From NCBI RefSeq assembly GCF_963853765.1, contig NC_088858.1, positions 50,530,001 to 50,594,000 of the forward strand: a DNA stretch of 64,000 nucleotides, given 5' to 3'. This DNA comes from Magallana gigas (Eukaryota). Made by a program: the position numbers and the translations under genes. This document shows, one piece after another, positions 36,901-47,756 of this stretch (its first letter is position 1; every line of letters starts with the position of its first letter). Under the pieces are notes generated by a model. That model searched no databases. It was given only the letters and a program-made list of their open reading frames with translations, and had not been told where the DNA came from.

Positions 36901-39900
36901 ACTGAGCTGATGAATCAAACACCATTCTGACTTGATCAGGTTTTTTTGGATGGTATACGCTGAAGATTGGTAAGAACCAGAACTCTTCATCTTTCTTTAA
37001 TGGTGGTGCTAGTTCTGCGTGTTCTGCATCCAGAATGCGTTTCATGAAGGTCACTGCGTGTCCGCACTTGACTGGGTTCTTTCTAAGGTTAGTGTCTAAG
37101 ATCATGGCTCTTCTCAGTGCTTGTTGTCTATTATCCGGAAGTTTACATCTAGGCTCTCGGAACGGTAATGGTGCAACCCACTGTCCACTATTGTCACGAC
37201 AAAACTCCTTATCCATAATGGCTAGGAATTCTTTATCTTCTACAGACAGTCCTGGCTTGTCATCGTCAGGAGATGTCTGGAAAATGTTCTGTCCAATTGG
37301 TTCGTTTCGTTGTGGATGTTTAAGGATTTCATCACACTGAATTTGTTTAGGTAGGGTCTCCTTGACAGTGATATTGGTAGGACAAGGGGCAGATAAGGTA
37401 GTTCTTCCATCAGACATAACTGCCACTTTGTTTGCCACTACGACATCTGGTCTGTGAGTCCTTCCAAGACAAACTTCGCCTACAATAACCCATCCGAGTT
37501 GAAGTTTCTGGGCGTATGGAGTATTTGGAGGTCCAATGCGTTGCTCAAGTATGTGATGTGCATCACCAAGATCACGTCCAATCAAGAGAAGAATGTTGAT
37601 TTCTGAATCTAGTGGCATCAGGTGATCGGCTATTTCTCGTAGATGGAAATATTTTTCTGCTACTTCTGGGGTTGGTATCTCACCTCTGTTATCAGGAATT
37701 TCATCACATTCAATGACTGTTGGTAGGTTGAAGTGACAACTTCCATCAAGAGCTTCTACTACTAGTCCATTGACTCTTCTTCCACTACAAGTTGATTGTC
37801 CGCTGCACGAAAACAGTGTGTAGGATTCAGATTCACTCTGAATATTAAAAAAGTCAAATAATTGGGATCTTGCGAGTGTGCGATTGCTCTGTTCATCGAT
37901 GACTGCATACACCTTAATAGCTTGCTCGCTGTTGAACGACGGATATACACGAACAGGAAGGACCTTTGCGCATGATCGACCACTGAAGGTAGTTCCACAA
38001 AGTTCAGTGCACTTGTTGGAAACTTCAGTTTTCCTTCCAGTTTTCTCCCCGCCGTCAGCAAATCTGGGGTTATTGTTTGCCTGAAAGTGTTCTTTATCCC
38101 ATCTGCCAGCTGCTTTAGGCTCAGAATTTCTTTGTTCAATATGCAACGCTGTAGCGTGACGAGAGCTTCCACAAAGTTCACATTTGATGGTTGCAGTACA
38201 ATTTCTCGACAAATGTTTTGATTCACAGCATTTATAACAGAAATCCATTTCTCGTAAGAGATCTTTCCTTTCTTGTAAGGATTTAGCTCTGAAGGATCTA
38301 CAGTGGTTCAGCGAATGGTTTGCTTTATGAATTGGACATCTTGGTTGCCGTTCTTGTTGAGTTGCATCGTCCGTTGCTAGTTCGGTTTTTCTACTGTGAA
38401 CAGGAAAAGTTCGTTTTTGTTCATTCGTTCTTTTCTCTGTTGTTAATGTCAGAGATCCATCAGTTTGGAAAGCTGGATCATTTTTCACAATGCTGAGTTC
38501 TCGAATGAATTTTACAAGGAAGCTGAACGGTGGAAATGGAACACAATAGTATCTCTTGTACTTGGACGCTTGAGACACCCACTTCTCTTGTAGACCTTGA
38601 GGCAGCTTACTGATGATAGGATTGACACCGGATGATGAGTCATAGTATGACAGCAGTGTTGCGTATTGCTCGTTCTCCTTTGCTGATTCTATCTCTGTTA
38701 AAATGTCAAGCAGATCGTAGAGCATTTTAGGATCTTTTATTGATATTTTGGGAAATCTGTTGAGCTTATCTTTCAACGCCGATTCTATCATTTCTGGTCT
38801 GCCATAGCGATCCTCCAAACGTTCCCAAATACGATACAGTCCTTTAACAGGGTCATTGATGTTAGATCCCCTTATGCTACTTGCGAACCTTTTTGATTCT
38901 GGACCAAGCCACTTAATGAGCAGATCCATTTCTTCAAATGCTGAAATGTTTAATTCTTTCACAATGTTTGTGAAGCTAGCTTTCCAGGTTTGGTAAGAGT
39001 CTGGTTTGTCGTTGAATGAGCTGAACCGTGACATTAGAAGGTCTTTTTTCAGGAGAAATTGTGTTAAGTTCTCTACCACATGGTCACTTGCGGCTACGGG
39101 TTCTCTTAACTTTCTGATGCTCTGAGGTGGTAAAGGATTGTCAGGTTTGTTGCTCTGCTCTTTGTCCCGATCACTCATCTTGTCCAGTTTGTCAAATGAA
39201 ACATAATCACTCATTGCTCCTCGGATCGTGGAATGCTCACGTACATAGTTTTCTGTGTATTCACGTTTTATTTGTCCCAATGAATCATAACTACCAGGAG
39301 GATGTTGTTTCGGCAATGACAGACGAGAACTATGAATGTCGAGCTCTTCTATTTCTGCTTCTAACGTATCAATCTTCTTCTGGTGTTCTAAGAGCTCCAT
39401 TTTGGCTTCTAGTAAGGCTTTCTGCTTGTGAAATTCTCTTTCTTTTTCAACGTACTGATGTCTTACTTTTTCCGTTTTAGGATTTTCAACTTTTTTCAAA
39501 GATCGATATGATTTACCAATGCTGTTCGATATAGATGCTTCAGATCTCGTTTCATACTTTTCGGAAAGTATTTCGGCAGCATCAATTAACAGGTCCTGAA
39601 TCTGACGGTCGAAATTGTTCATAATGCTTAAACACTTTTGGTGCCTAATCATTTGATTGTCTAGTTCTAAATCACTTTCTTCTGTGCAGGTGCGGGTTAG
39701 AAAGGAAATGAGGGACTCATAACTATCTCTATATTCAAATTTCACCATCTCCAGATGACTTTCAACTTTCCGTAGATATTTGATATCCATGATGGAATCG
39801 TCAAATTCTGTCAGGATTCTTTCAAATTCCTTCCAATCTTTCTTGAGGTTATTCAAGTAGTAATCCAAATTGGACTGGAACATCTCTTGGCCTCTGGGCG

Positions 39901-39925
39901 TAAGTGTACGTATCCGCCTATCCAT
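33905..39925 (-). CDS. BEL/Pao Gag-Pol polyprotein (2,006 aa, intact)
   Basis: Three Gag Cys/His knuckles (CPIH..H..C, CYKC..H..C, CELC..H..H); protease region IDEQS; RT FYVDD; Pao-type RNase H VFTDAS; integrase HHCC plus VDTFGP / SDRGTNF / GAWERMIG; order PR-RT-RH-IN. Confidence 0.97.
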   Translation of the reverse strand: MDRRIRTLTPRGQEMFQSNLDYYLNNLKKDWKEFERILTEFDDSIMDIKYLRKVESHLEMVKFEYRDSYESLISFLTRTCTEESDLELDNQMIRHQKCLSIMNNFDRQIQDLLIDAAEILSEKYETRSEASISNSIGKSYRSLKKVENPKTEKVRHQYVEKEREFHKQKALLEAKMELLEHQKKIDTLEAEIEELDIHSSRLSLPKQHPPGSYDSLGQIKREYTENYVREHSTIRGAMSDYVSFDKLDKMSDRDKEQSNKPDNPLPPQSIRKLREPVAASDHVVENLTQFLLKKDLLMSRFSSFNDKPDSYQTWKASFTNIVKELNISAFEEMDLLIKWLGPESKRFASSIRGSNINDPVKGLYRIWERLEDRYGRPEMIESALKDKLNRFPKISIKDPKMLYDLLDILTEIESAKENEQYATLLSYYDSSSGVNPIISKLPQGLQEKWVSQASKYKRYYCVPFPPFSFLVKFIRELSIVKNDPAFQTDGSLTLTTEKRTNEQKRTFPVHSRKTELATDDATQQERQPRCPIHKANHSLNHCRSFRAKSLQERKDLLREMDFCYKCCESKHLSRNCTATIKCELCGSSRHATALHIEQRNSEPKAAGRWDKEHFQANNNPRFADGGEKTGRKTEVSNKCTELCGTTFSGRSCAKVLPVRVYPSFNSEQAIKVYAVIDEQSNRTLARSQLFDFFNIQSESESYTLFSCSGQSTCSGRRVNGLVVEALDGSCHFNLPTVIECDEIPDNRGEIPTPEVAEKYFHLREIADHLMPLDSEINILLLIGRDLGDAHHILEQRIGPPNTPYAQKLQLGWVIVGEVCLGRTHRPDVVVANKVAVMSDGRTTLSAPCPTNITVKETLPKQIQCDEILKHPQRNEPIGQNIFQTSPDDDKPGLSVEDKEFLAIMDKEFCRDNSGQWVAPLPFREPRCKLPDNRQQALRRAMILDTNLRKNPVKCGHAVTFMKRILDAEHAELAPPLKKDEEFWFLPIFSVYHPKKPDQVRMVFDSSAQCNGVSLNNVLLSGPDLTNSLLGVLMRFRLDNIGVMADIQQMFHCFKVREDHRNYLRFFWYLDNDPQKQLVEYRMCVHVFGNSPSPAVATYGLRRTAENAESTYGSDVRSFVERNFYVDDGLISLPSTQEIVSLMKRTQQALLQEGGLRLHKFVSNSSDVMKYFPTDDLAKDLMSLDLSKDILPIQRSLGISWNLRSDAFTFRLSLDKKPYTRRGVLSCLNSFYDPLGFVAPVLIRGKLLLRKFTEESTDWDQHLPDQYQEEWEKWKEQLWYLENLEIPRTYLSVPTEKLLQKHVHVFTDASEEAIAAVAILRAEDQDGNFHQGFIVGKGKVAPKKAVTIPRLELCAAALGVEISQIIQHQLDIDPKDIHYHTDSKVVLGYIYNRTKRFYTYVSNRVQQIHKVSSPEQWSYVPSEHNPADQSTRPIAVENMKNSPWLCGPKRWFLESKDQGKTDISDHDKQMPQEYDLVDSENDREIRPTLIVKTLHVKEPSIGTERFTKYSTWSSLVSGIARLKHVARCWSGTKPCRGWHFCNKAKDVDLYLETEKHIIRAVQGESFREEIRSIRENRALNKKSSLVKLNPVLDHDGILRVGGRLMNLELEVTEKNPVIIPGKQHIATLLVRHYHQLTKHQGRHFTEGSIRSAGYWITGAKRIVSSMIYSCVTCRKMRRKPEHQFMADLPEDRLTPGPPFSSVGVDTFGPWEVLARRTRGGLAHAKRWAVMFSCLSSRAVHIEVIEEMSSSSFINALRRFVAIRGSVKEFRSDRGTNFVGSTESLGIDAINVEDRPVNKFLLDNRTVWIFNSPHSSHMGGAWERMIGLTRRILDSLLITGTAKKLTHETLVTFLAEASAIINSRPLVPVPTDPEYPFILTPYTLLTQKTDKGGEPPGPFDEKDAFKAQWKRVQLLADLFWKRWRKEYLVTLQSRQKWTQHQRNLSVGDVVLLKDSSAHRCDWKMAVVDQVFPSVSDKRVRKVQLRVNKNGVNTLYTRPVTETVLLMAI

Positions 39926-39953
39926 ATTGTCTGTAGCTGCACACTTTTTTTAC

Positions 39954-40637
39954 TATTCTGCCTTTGCCTACAGATAGTGAACCAACACAACAATCCAGTG
40001 CATCGAATTTATTGTGTATGCGGTAAAAAACTGAAACAAAAACAAAGTATGAATTACTCATACGTTCTCAAACAATGTACATGTAAAGACAAAATGCATA
40101 TAATAATAGATTGTAATGAAAGAATAGAAATACAAATAACAGTATTAAGATAGGTTCCAAAACAATGAATTTTATCATAAATGGGTTTCCATAGAAAAAT
40201 GTAACAAACGTACGTTTATTTACTTAGACTGACAATGACACTAATGGCGTTCCATACTTTTTAGAGATAATTAGAAATTTACTTATAAGCTGCATTTATA
40301 TAAAATACAAAACAGTAAACACATAAATGAATAGCCGTGTATGTAATATAAATCAACAGAAAACTACTTACAGTGTGTGGCAGCATACGAATACAAAAAA
40401 CATGTTGGATGGACTGAGTGTCCTTGTGTGGGTCACACAAACAACAAAACAGGAAGTCAACAATTAGGAAAAGTAACTCTAAATTATATAATGAAAGGAT
40501 AACTCTAGGTTCAAAAAGGAAAGATAACTGCAGAAAATACATATCAAAATGATAATGGAAGATAACTCTAAATGTATTTAGATAATAATTAGACTTTAGC
40601 AAAATACACAATCACACAAAATCTTGTAAACAATACA
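39954..40637 (-). repeat. 5' LTR (684 bp)
   Basis: Begins TGTATTG (minus strand), ends ..CAGAATA. Confidence 0.95.
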
Positions 40638-40896
40638 GGAAGATATGTTTATTGTACATGCAGCATACATTAAAAAGTCGTACATCGTTAAAACAATACC
40701 GGCAACGGTACTTGCTGAATAAAGACGATACAAGTACATATATTTGTTAGGTTCATTTTTTTTTTTGCTTTCTTAATCCACGCACTTTAAGCATAGCTTC
40801 CTATTTAAACACAAGGAATTAATATCCGTGTCAAATCGCGAGAAGTGCATCTCGCGAATTTTACAATCTCGCTTTTATTTCTGGACATATGTATTA

Positions 40897-42001
40897 CAGT
40901 GCTGCTATCCTGAAAGTTGACAAGGATAGGATAGGATAGGATGCAGGATGCACGATACAGGATAGAAATATAAAAGTTAAGTTCTATCCTATCCTATCCT
41001 ATCCTATCCTGCATCCTGTAGCCAATCAGATTCGAGTATAAATTTCAGAGTTATTTTGCGAAACGAAAATTGGCTTAACAATGTATTTTCAATGTCAATT
41101 TAATACGTTTAACAAGTTAAACCATTAAAGAAAAATTATTATATCAAGAACGCGGTGAATAACACTGATGCGCGCTAAAATGTAGGCGCTACATCTTTGT
41201 TAATTCGTACGCAAGTACGGTGTTACTGCGAGAATTCGATGCAACATTTGACAATGTCAGAAATAGATTTCTGTATTTCCTTCATTTAAAGTCTGCAAAG
41301 TATAAATGCTTGAATTTATAAACGACCAATTCGGCATTTTAAAAGATAAACATGTATACAAGAAACAGACATTGCTTCACGTTTCATATAATTTCTTCGA
41401 TGCCCAATAACAGTGACGCATATTTCTGTCCGATATTAACCTGAACATATCGAATAAATAAATGTTAGCTAGCTATAAATGCTTAAGAATTTATACTTTA
41501 AAAATAACTCTGAGTGGTTTAACTATAAACGATATAAACTTCCTAAAGGAATTATTTATTTCCAGATCGTGTTTACATTTATCGCCGAACGAATCGCTCG
41601 AATAATGATAATTACGCTCAGTCATATGTGATAACAAAATAATTTGATAAAAATATGTGACTAAACAGTTCCTCAATAAGTGCATCGAAGTTATTTATCT
41701 GTTTTTTATGCATAATTAAAGTAAAATCAAAAATGGAATCGCTTACCTGTTTGTTTACGTTATTGTGTCCATCCCGCGTACGATTTAATTTTACCGTAGC
41801 ACAGGTAAGTAAGTTATCCCGCTCGAAGAATTGATAAAATCATTTAATTCTTAAATTTCGTTTCATTTAACTTGCATTCCTATATTTTGAAGGTATGGGA
41901 TAGGATAGGATAGGATAGAGCTTATTTGTAGGATAGGATGCAGGATACAGGATATAGGATAGGATAGGATAGTTTTGTCAACTTTCACGATAGCAGCACT
42001 G
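40897..42001. mobile_element. 1.1-kb non-autonomous Tc1/mariner-type element (TA TSD) with subterminal (GGATA)n arrays
   Basis: TIR CAGTGCTGCTATC(C/G)TGAAAGTTGACAA at both ends; TA at 40895-40896 and 42002-42003. Confidence 0.85.
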
Positions 42002-43258
42002 TAACCTACATTAAACGTGTACTATGATAAAAATTCGGCATTCGCGATTTTATGTTCTAGCGATTTGATGGAAAACTGCTGAATCGTGGAATTAATTAAG
42101 AACCTGCGTAAAAAAGGAATCAACAGTATGTGGTCTTAATAATAATTTCCTTTCTTTGAAATAAGATTTTTTTTTAATTCGATGTAATTGGTGTAAATAT
42201 TTTAATATCAATGCGCTGTAAAAAAAAAAAAAAAAAAAAGGTGAAGCAGACACCTAAAATTGATAACAAAATATTTCTATAAATCTTCTCCAAATCATAG
42301 CCAAGTTGGAGCATTAAGCTCAGATCGGGAAAAACAGAAATGCATGTTGTTAATCAAATTTGTGTTCAAATGAGGTATGATAAGAGATGATATATAATGA
42401 TGTGAAAATTAGATTTAAAAAAAGGTATAAAAACTAAACGCGATGAAAATGACGCGTTATAAAATTTACGCTTTTCAGACGACGTTATGACGTAACGTCA
42501 TATGTTTGTGACGTTATTTCTCTGTTTTGTAAAAAATGCCATAAGCACCCTTTTCTCATGGACTCAATCATATGTGATTTATAATTTACATATATTTGTG
42601 TAAAAAATGTATTAATATATATATGTAATTTCAGACAATGTGTACACATGTAGGGATGTCAGCCATTATTCTTCACAGCGATCATTTATAGATATATAAT
42701 ACTATTTTATAAAAATCTGATCACTGTAAAGTAAAATGTGTCCAGCTCTAGCCACGTGGAGGCCTCCCTTATATATGGCCTTTTTCCCTGCATATATGTG
42801 TGGATCTCATGTTTTTCAACATCACTGCCACAAATGACCCATGTACGGCTGACTTGGCAGATTGGGAAATCAGCCTCTAACCCGGCGTACAACACAATCT
42901 GGCATAATTTCTCGCTTGTAAACGTGGGACCTCCATACAAAACGGCGGTGACGACTGTCGAGACGAACTGATACGGACTTTCTTTCTAGGTACCGTTTAT
43001 CCTGCCATAGTCCTCTGTGGCACAACATTGTCCAAAACTTTTTATAAGGTCCTTTTCTGCGGTGCTTATTTTTCTTCGAACCTTCTCTGCTTCTTTCTGG
43101 CCACCAAAGCTGCTGATTCTGGTCGCTCATGACAAACGGCCTACAAAAACAGTCGGGGCACTCAAAATGTCCATCTGTAGGCAGTATGATACATGTATAA
43201 CGATGTTCAGTCACGGGATGTTCTTGATCAGACTCATGCTCGGGGTCCTAGTTCCAAT

Positions 43259-44649
43259 CACAGGTGCTTGTGGACTGGACCGTGCACTACCCCCACCCCC
43301 CCCCCTTTTTTTCTATATTTTTTTTCAAATTTTTTTTTTTATTTCTTTTATTAATTATCATTAACAACCCCTTATATATGTCTCCAGCCGAAAAATAAAA
43401 GAAATATCACGACTTGGTAGCATTTTATAATCACACTCGTTTCCCCTATATATATAAAGAGAGAAGGTAAGCAACTCCCGTTTGTTTACATTGAGGTACT
43501 ACCTGGGAAATTCAAACGATTACTATATCAAAAATCGCTATACCTTTGGTGTCATCTATTTTTCTCACTTCCACACATATCCTTCTATCTGAAAACTTAT
43601 ATAAATTAGCACGCTGAACCGTAATCTATCCAACTAATAAACATTTGTCACTCGCGACCACGATATTTTGAAACGTTCCAAGTAGAAGCTACGGAAGTTA
43701 GCTGCACAGCGACATCTATGCTAAGAACGATAACTCTTCCCGTGTTCCGAATGTCATTGACTTAACGGTAACGCACGAGAGGCCCGAAAAAAAGTTCGGG
43801 AAAAGTTTTAGATTAAATGCAAAATTTCAGCATTTGAATATCTGCCGTCTTCTATGCCAGCCCACCTATGAAGTGTCTGGGCTTTCAAATCCTGGTAATG
43901 TGTTGCTGCAATGCCTGTAGAGCAAACTATTGATACTTCTTTTTTTTTGAGTATACCTAATGTGTTTTGCAATTTTTTAGTTATGTATGTTTTGCCTGTC
44001 CCAGCTTGGCCAGTGATGACCAAGTTATGGCCATTAATTGCTTCTTGAAAGGTAAACAATTGATCTACATCCATTTTCTTAAATATTGCACTAAAACTTT
44101 TCCCGAACTTTTTTTCGGGCCTCTCGTGCGTTACCGTTAAGTCAATGACATTCGGAACACGGGATGAGTTATCGTTCTTAGCATAGATGTCGCTGTGCAG
44201 CTAACTTCCGTAGCTTCTACTTGAAACGTTTCAAAATATCGTGGTCGCGAGTGACAAATGTTTATTAATTGGATAGATTACGGTTCAGCGTGCTAATCTA
44301 TATAAGTTTTCAGATAGAAGGATATGTGTGGAAGTGAGAAAAATAGATGACACCAAAGGTATAGCGATTTTTGATATAGTAATCGTTTGAATTTCCCAGG
44401 TAGTACCTCAATGTAAACAAACGGGAGTTGCTTACCTTCTCTCTTTATATATATAGGGGAAACGAGTGTGATTATAAAATGCTACCAAGTCGTGATATTT
44501 CTTTTATTTTTCGACTGGAGACATATATAAGGGGTTGTAAATGATAATTAATAAAAGAAATAAAAAAAAATTGAAAAAAAAAATATTTAAAAAGGAGGGG
44601 CGGGGGGGGGGGGGGGGGTAGTGCACGGTCCAGTCCACAAGCACCTGTG
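43259..44649. mobile_element. Fold-back DNA element: ~555-bp TIRs, 279-bp spacer, 8-bp TSD GTTCCAAT
   Basis: 43259-43811 is the reverse complement of 44091-44649; termini CACAGG..CCTGTG; TSD at 43251-43258 and 44650-44657. Confidence 0.9.
43808..44074 (-). pseudogene. N-terminal fragment of a Pif1-family (SF1B) DNA helicase
   Basis: Walker A ITGQAGTGKT, motif Ia CSTGIAA, motif Ib TLHRWAGI; truncated at the left arm. Confidence 0.85.
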
Positions 44650-47047
44650 GTTCCAATCATAAAAGGCAAATAAGGCATGAATCGCAGCTAACTTTTCCTC
44701 GGAAAGACGGACACTTACTTTCGTAGTCATGTTGTATGGATTTCTCTCAAACAAATGAACAAATGCACTCACACTCAAACATTCTGTAAAATTTAATTAT
44801 GAAATAATTACGTACTCATCATTATCGCGTTACACAATCATTTTGTCGCGAGACGGACGATCGGAAATGATTTTTGGAAGTAAAAAACTACAACAATAAA
44901 CTGGAGACATTATCATGTTCTATCATCCCTGTAAATTTCAGGAAAATCTATTTAGTCATCTTTGAGATATTCTACAGAAAAAGAAAAGGAGGGGGGATAA
45001 AAAGAAAGAAAGAAAACACTACAATCACTATAATGTCTTACGTTGGAAACAGAAGACATTTATGAAAAGAAAAAAGAAAGAAAGAAAGAAAAGGATCTTC
45101 TGTTGGAAACGGAAGACTTTAAGAAAGAAAAAAACACTACAGTCACTATAAATCACTTTTATACAATATTTCTTCTATTGGACCTTTTCCAAGCAGTAAA
45201 TTTATTTGATAGTTTACAACCACAATCTAATTAAAATTAGACTTTCTGAATCCACTGGTTTTAATGTCACCTCTTTAGTACAGAGAGTGTTTACCATATA
45301 ATATATCCCCCCCCCTTTTATCTGATGAAAACCATTCTGGAATATCCCAGTCATTGTCTACTTCTTTATCTTGTTCAACCGATTCCTTGTCAATCATGAC
45401 AAAGTCGAAATCATTATTATCACTTAAACTTGAGCCTTAATATTCATTATTATTGACATCAAGATCAACACTCTCTTGTACTAACTGATATACTCATTCC
45501 TTTTGAAGATTATAAATGCATCCAATAATGTCATTTATTCCCATCATTTCTTTGAATTATATCTTTATTATCCATATTCAAAATTGCGTCATTACCAAAA
45601 ATATCCTTTTTATTTTTAATCGCTTTTGTTGCATTATTTTGAAATAAATTTTTACGTTTGCCACCTGCTTTACATGCCGAAGACGGCTTCGCCAATCGAA
45701 GTTTTTGCCCTTGTTTATCATCATTCTCTACTGCAGAACCTGCAGTTGACCTTATTTCATTCATTTCGAGGCGAGTCTTTTTTGAACCATTTGTTGAGAA
45801 AAGTTTGAATTCTACTCATTGAAGTTGTAACTTTGCCTCAAAATAGGGTACCCTATTTTTATCATCAGTCGGCATGTGATCTATTTTTAGAACAAGAAAA
45901 ATCCAGTCTATACTTAGAACTCCTGTGTCTATGGATATACACAAACATAAAAAAAATTGTCAATTCCAAACAATCTGTTTTGAATTTGAAATACATCTAT
46001 ATACCTGTACCACGTTTGTTTTATAGAAATTTTAAAAATTCTATAAGTATAAATTAAAGTAAATTTTTTTAAAAAGTGGGATAGGGGTCCAAAAAGTGAT
46101 TGTCTTACATTAAAAAAGTATACATAATATTTCAATAAAAATGTTTCTGCAATGTACTTCCATTGACACTGACAAATATATCTTGTGGTTTTTGAGGCCC
46201 ATTTTAAGAATAGGGTACCTTACTTTGAGACAAAGGTACAACTTAAATGAGCAAACTTTTTCTCATCAAATGGTTATAGAGAGGACATCAATAAACCTCC
46301 TTCATATTTGTTCAGATTTTTTTAATTTTCAAAATAAGTCTGTAGCTGCACGGTTTGACAGCTGTTTTGAGTTGTTAAATAGGCACTAGACTTTGACATT
46401 TACAGAACCAAGCTTTAAGCCTACAACACTCTGCTTAGTTAGAATAAACTAACTGTGTCTCGGGACAGGCCTTCACCACAGTTAAAATGCCTCCCATATA
46501 CCCGTAATGTAGCAAAAAATTGCAGAATCGCTCCGAAACGATTTTGGAGAAAATGAAGCTGCATATAAAATAACAGTCATATTATGTATAACAAACCATT
46601 TTGAGGCTGTGAATACCTTTCATCTAAAAAATTAAATCATATTATTGAAGAATTCAACACTTTTTAATAATAAACGCAAAATTAATACTACATGCATATG
46701 TATGCTCCAGAGTATTCCCATTATATGATGTGTCTCTTAAAAGTTCCTACTTCGGACTCGTCCACTATAACGGTGCGTAAAAGTCAATGACTGAGACATC
46801 CCGGCGCGACGACGTTTAGAGAGAGGGCTTAATAAGTTATGGAACTTGTGCCCAATCATATTGTGTAAATATACAATAAAACATTTCAAACCAAACCAAC
46901 GAAGTCCTATTTTACCTTTTGTATTAATGAAATTTTTATTGGTAATAGTATATTCTTCCATGGGGGTGGAGTTGGAGTATCAAATCAATTAAATTGTTCT
47001 CGCTAGTCAAGATGTTCTCAAGTTGTATTTATGCTGCAGTGTGTATA

Positions 47048-47321
47048 TTATATAAATAGTGCCTGTTTGGGATGGTAACAGTTGAAATTGACACCCAAAG
47101 AACACCATTGTCAACCGACGCGAAGCGGAGAAAATTCAGAGAAAATTTTACTCCTTTATATAAAAATGACGTGAATTCTACGGCGAACCGTACGCACAAT
47201 GTACGCGCATGTAACAATTCGTTGGTTACCCGTTGCCAAGTGTGTTGATAACGCTGAGGATAATATTATCAACTACGTCTAAACCAATCAGATTTCAGTA
47301 TCTAACATGAAAGTATAATAA
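47048..47321 (+). mobile_element. Third, internally deleted copy of the 20943-21672 element family
   Basis: Same TATATAAATAGTGCCTGTTTGGGA start and AAAGTATAATAA end; second half of the palindrome is missing. Confidence 0.8.
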
Positions 47322-47419
47322 TACTAGGTGTTACATTCGATAAACATGTAAATATACAAGGGACGGAAGCAAGACACAGGGCTCACAATTTTTTGTAATG
47401 TAAACAAGGCTCGTGCGGT

Positions 47420-47756
47420 TTTTTTTGTTTACATGAGTTCAATATATAAGTAAAAAAATCTTTTTAAGCTGATTTATCTATTTTCTTATTCATTTTAAGA
47501 AAATAATAAATAAACAGTTCCTAACGTTTAACACATTCATTTTAAGTATATAACTAGAATTTATACTTTAACATTCAAAATGCAAACAAAAGCTTTATTT
47601 AATACATAGTAAAGAATTGTGAGCTCTGTAACTCGTTTATATTTCAACAAATGACACTCAAATTTTGGTTGCGTATTAAAAATGCTTTACTAAAGCATTG
47701 TAAACATTAAATCGGAAAAATAATTTTTTACCAAAATCGTTACAATGCCCCTTTAA
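47420..47756 (-). mobile_element. Terminal fragment of a TTAA-target non-autonomous element (Kolobok-type)
   Basis: Minus strand reads TTAA|AGGGGCATTGTAACGATTTTGG..; other end not identified. Confidence 0.45.

Larger units (their letters stand above)
33108..40637 (-). mobile_element. Full-length BEL/Pao LTR retrotransposon with 5-bp TSD GGAAG
   Basis: Two 684-bp LTRs; TSD at 33103-33107 and 40638-40642; PPT GACGGGGAG next to the 3' LTR; single gag-pol ORF. Confidence 0.97.
42822..44786 (-). pseudogene. Cys-rich transposon-associated gene (KolX / P2X7-C-terminal-like), interrupted by the fold-back element
   Basis: Frame is continuous across the TSD: ..ALFAFYDWN*DPEHESD..ECPDCFCRP..KGPYKKFWTMLCHRGLWQDKRYLERK..REIMPDCVVRRVRG*FPNLPSQPYMGHLWQ*; two in-frame stops. 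Confidence 0.55.

Noticed and set aside
43790-43811. Hairpin plus TTAG suggesting a Helitron 3' end to explain the Pif1 fragment
   Set aside because: The motif is present in both inverted arms, and the whole structure has an 8-bp TSD, which Helitrons do not make.
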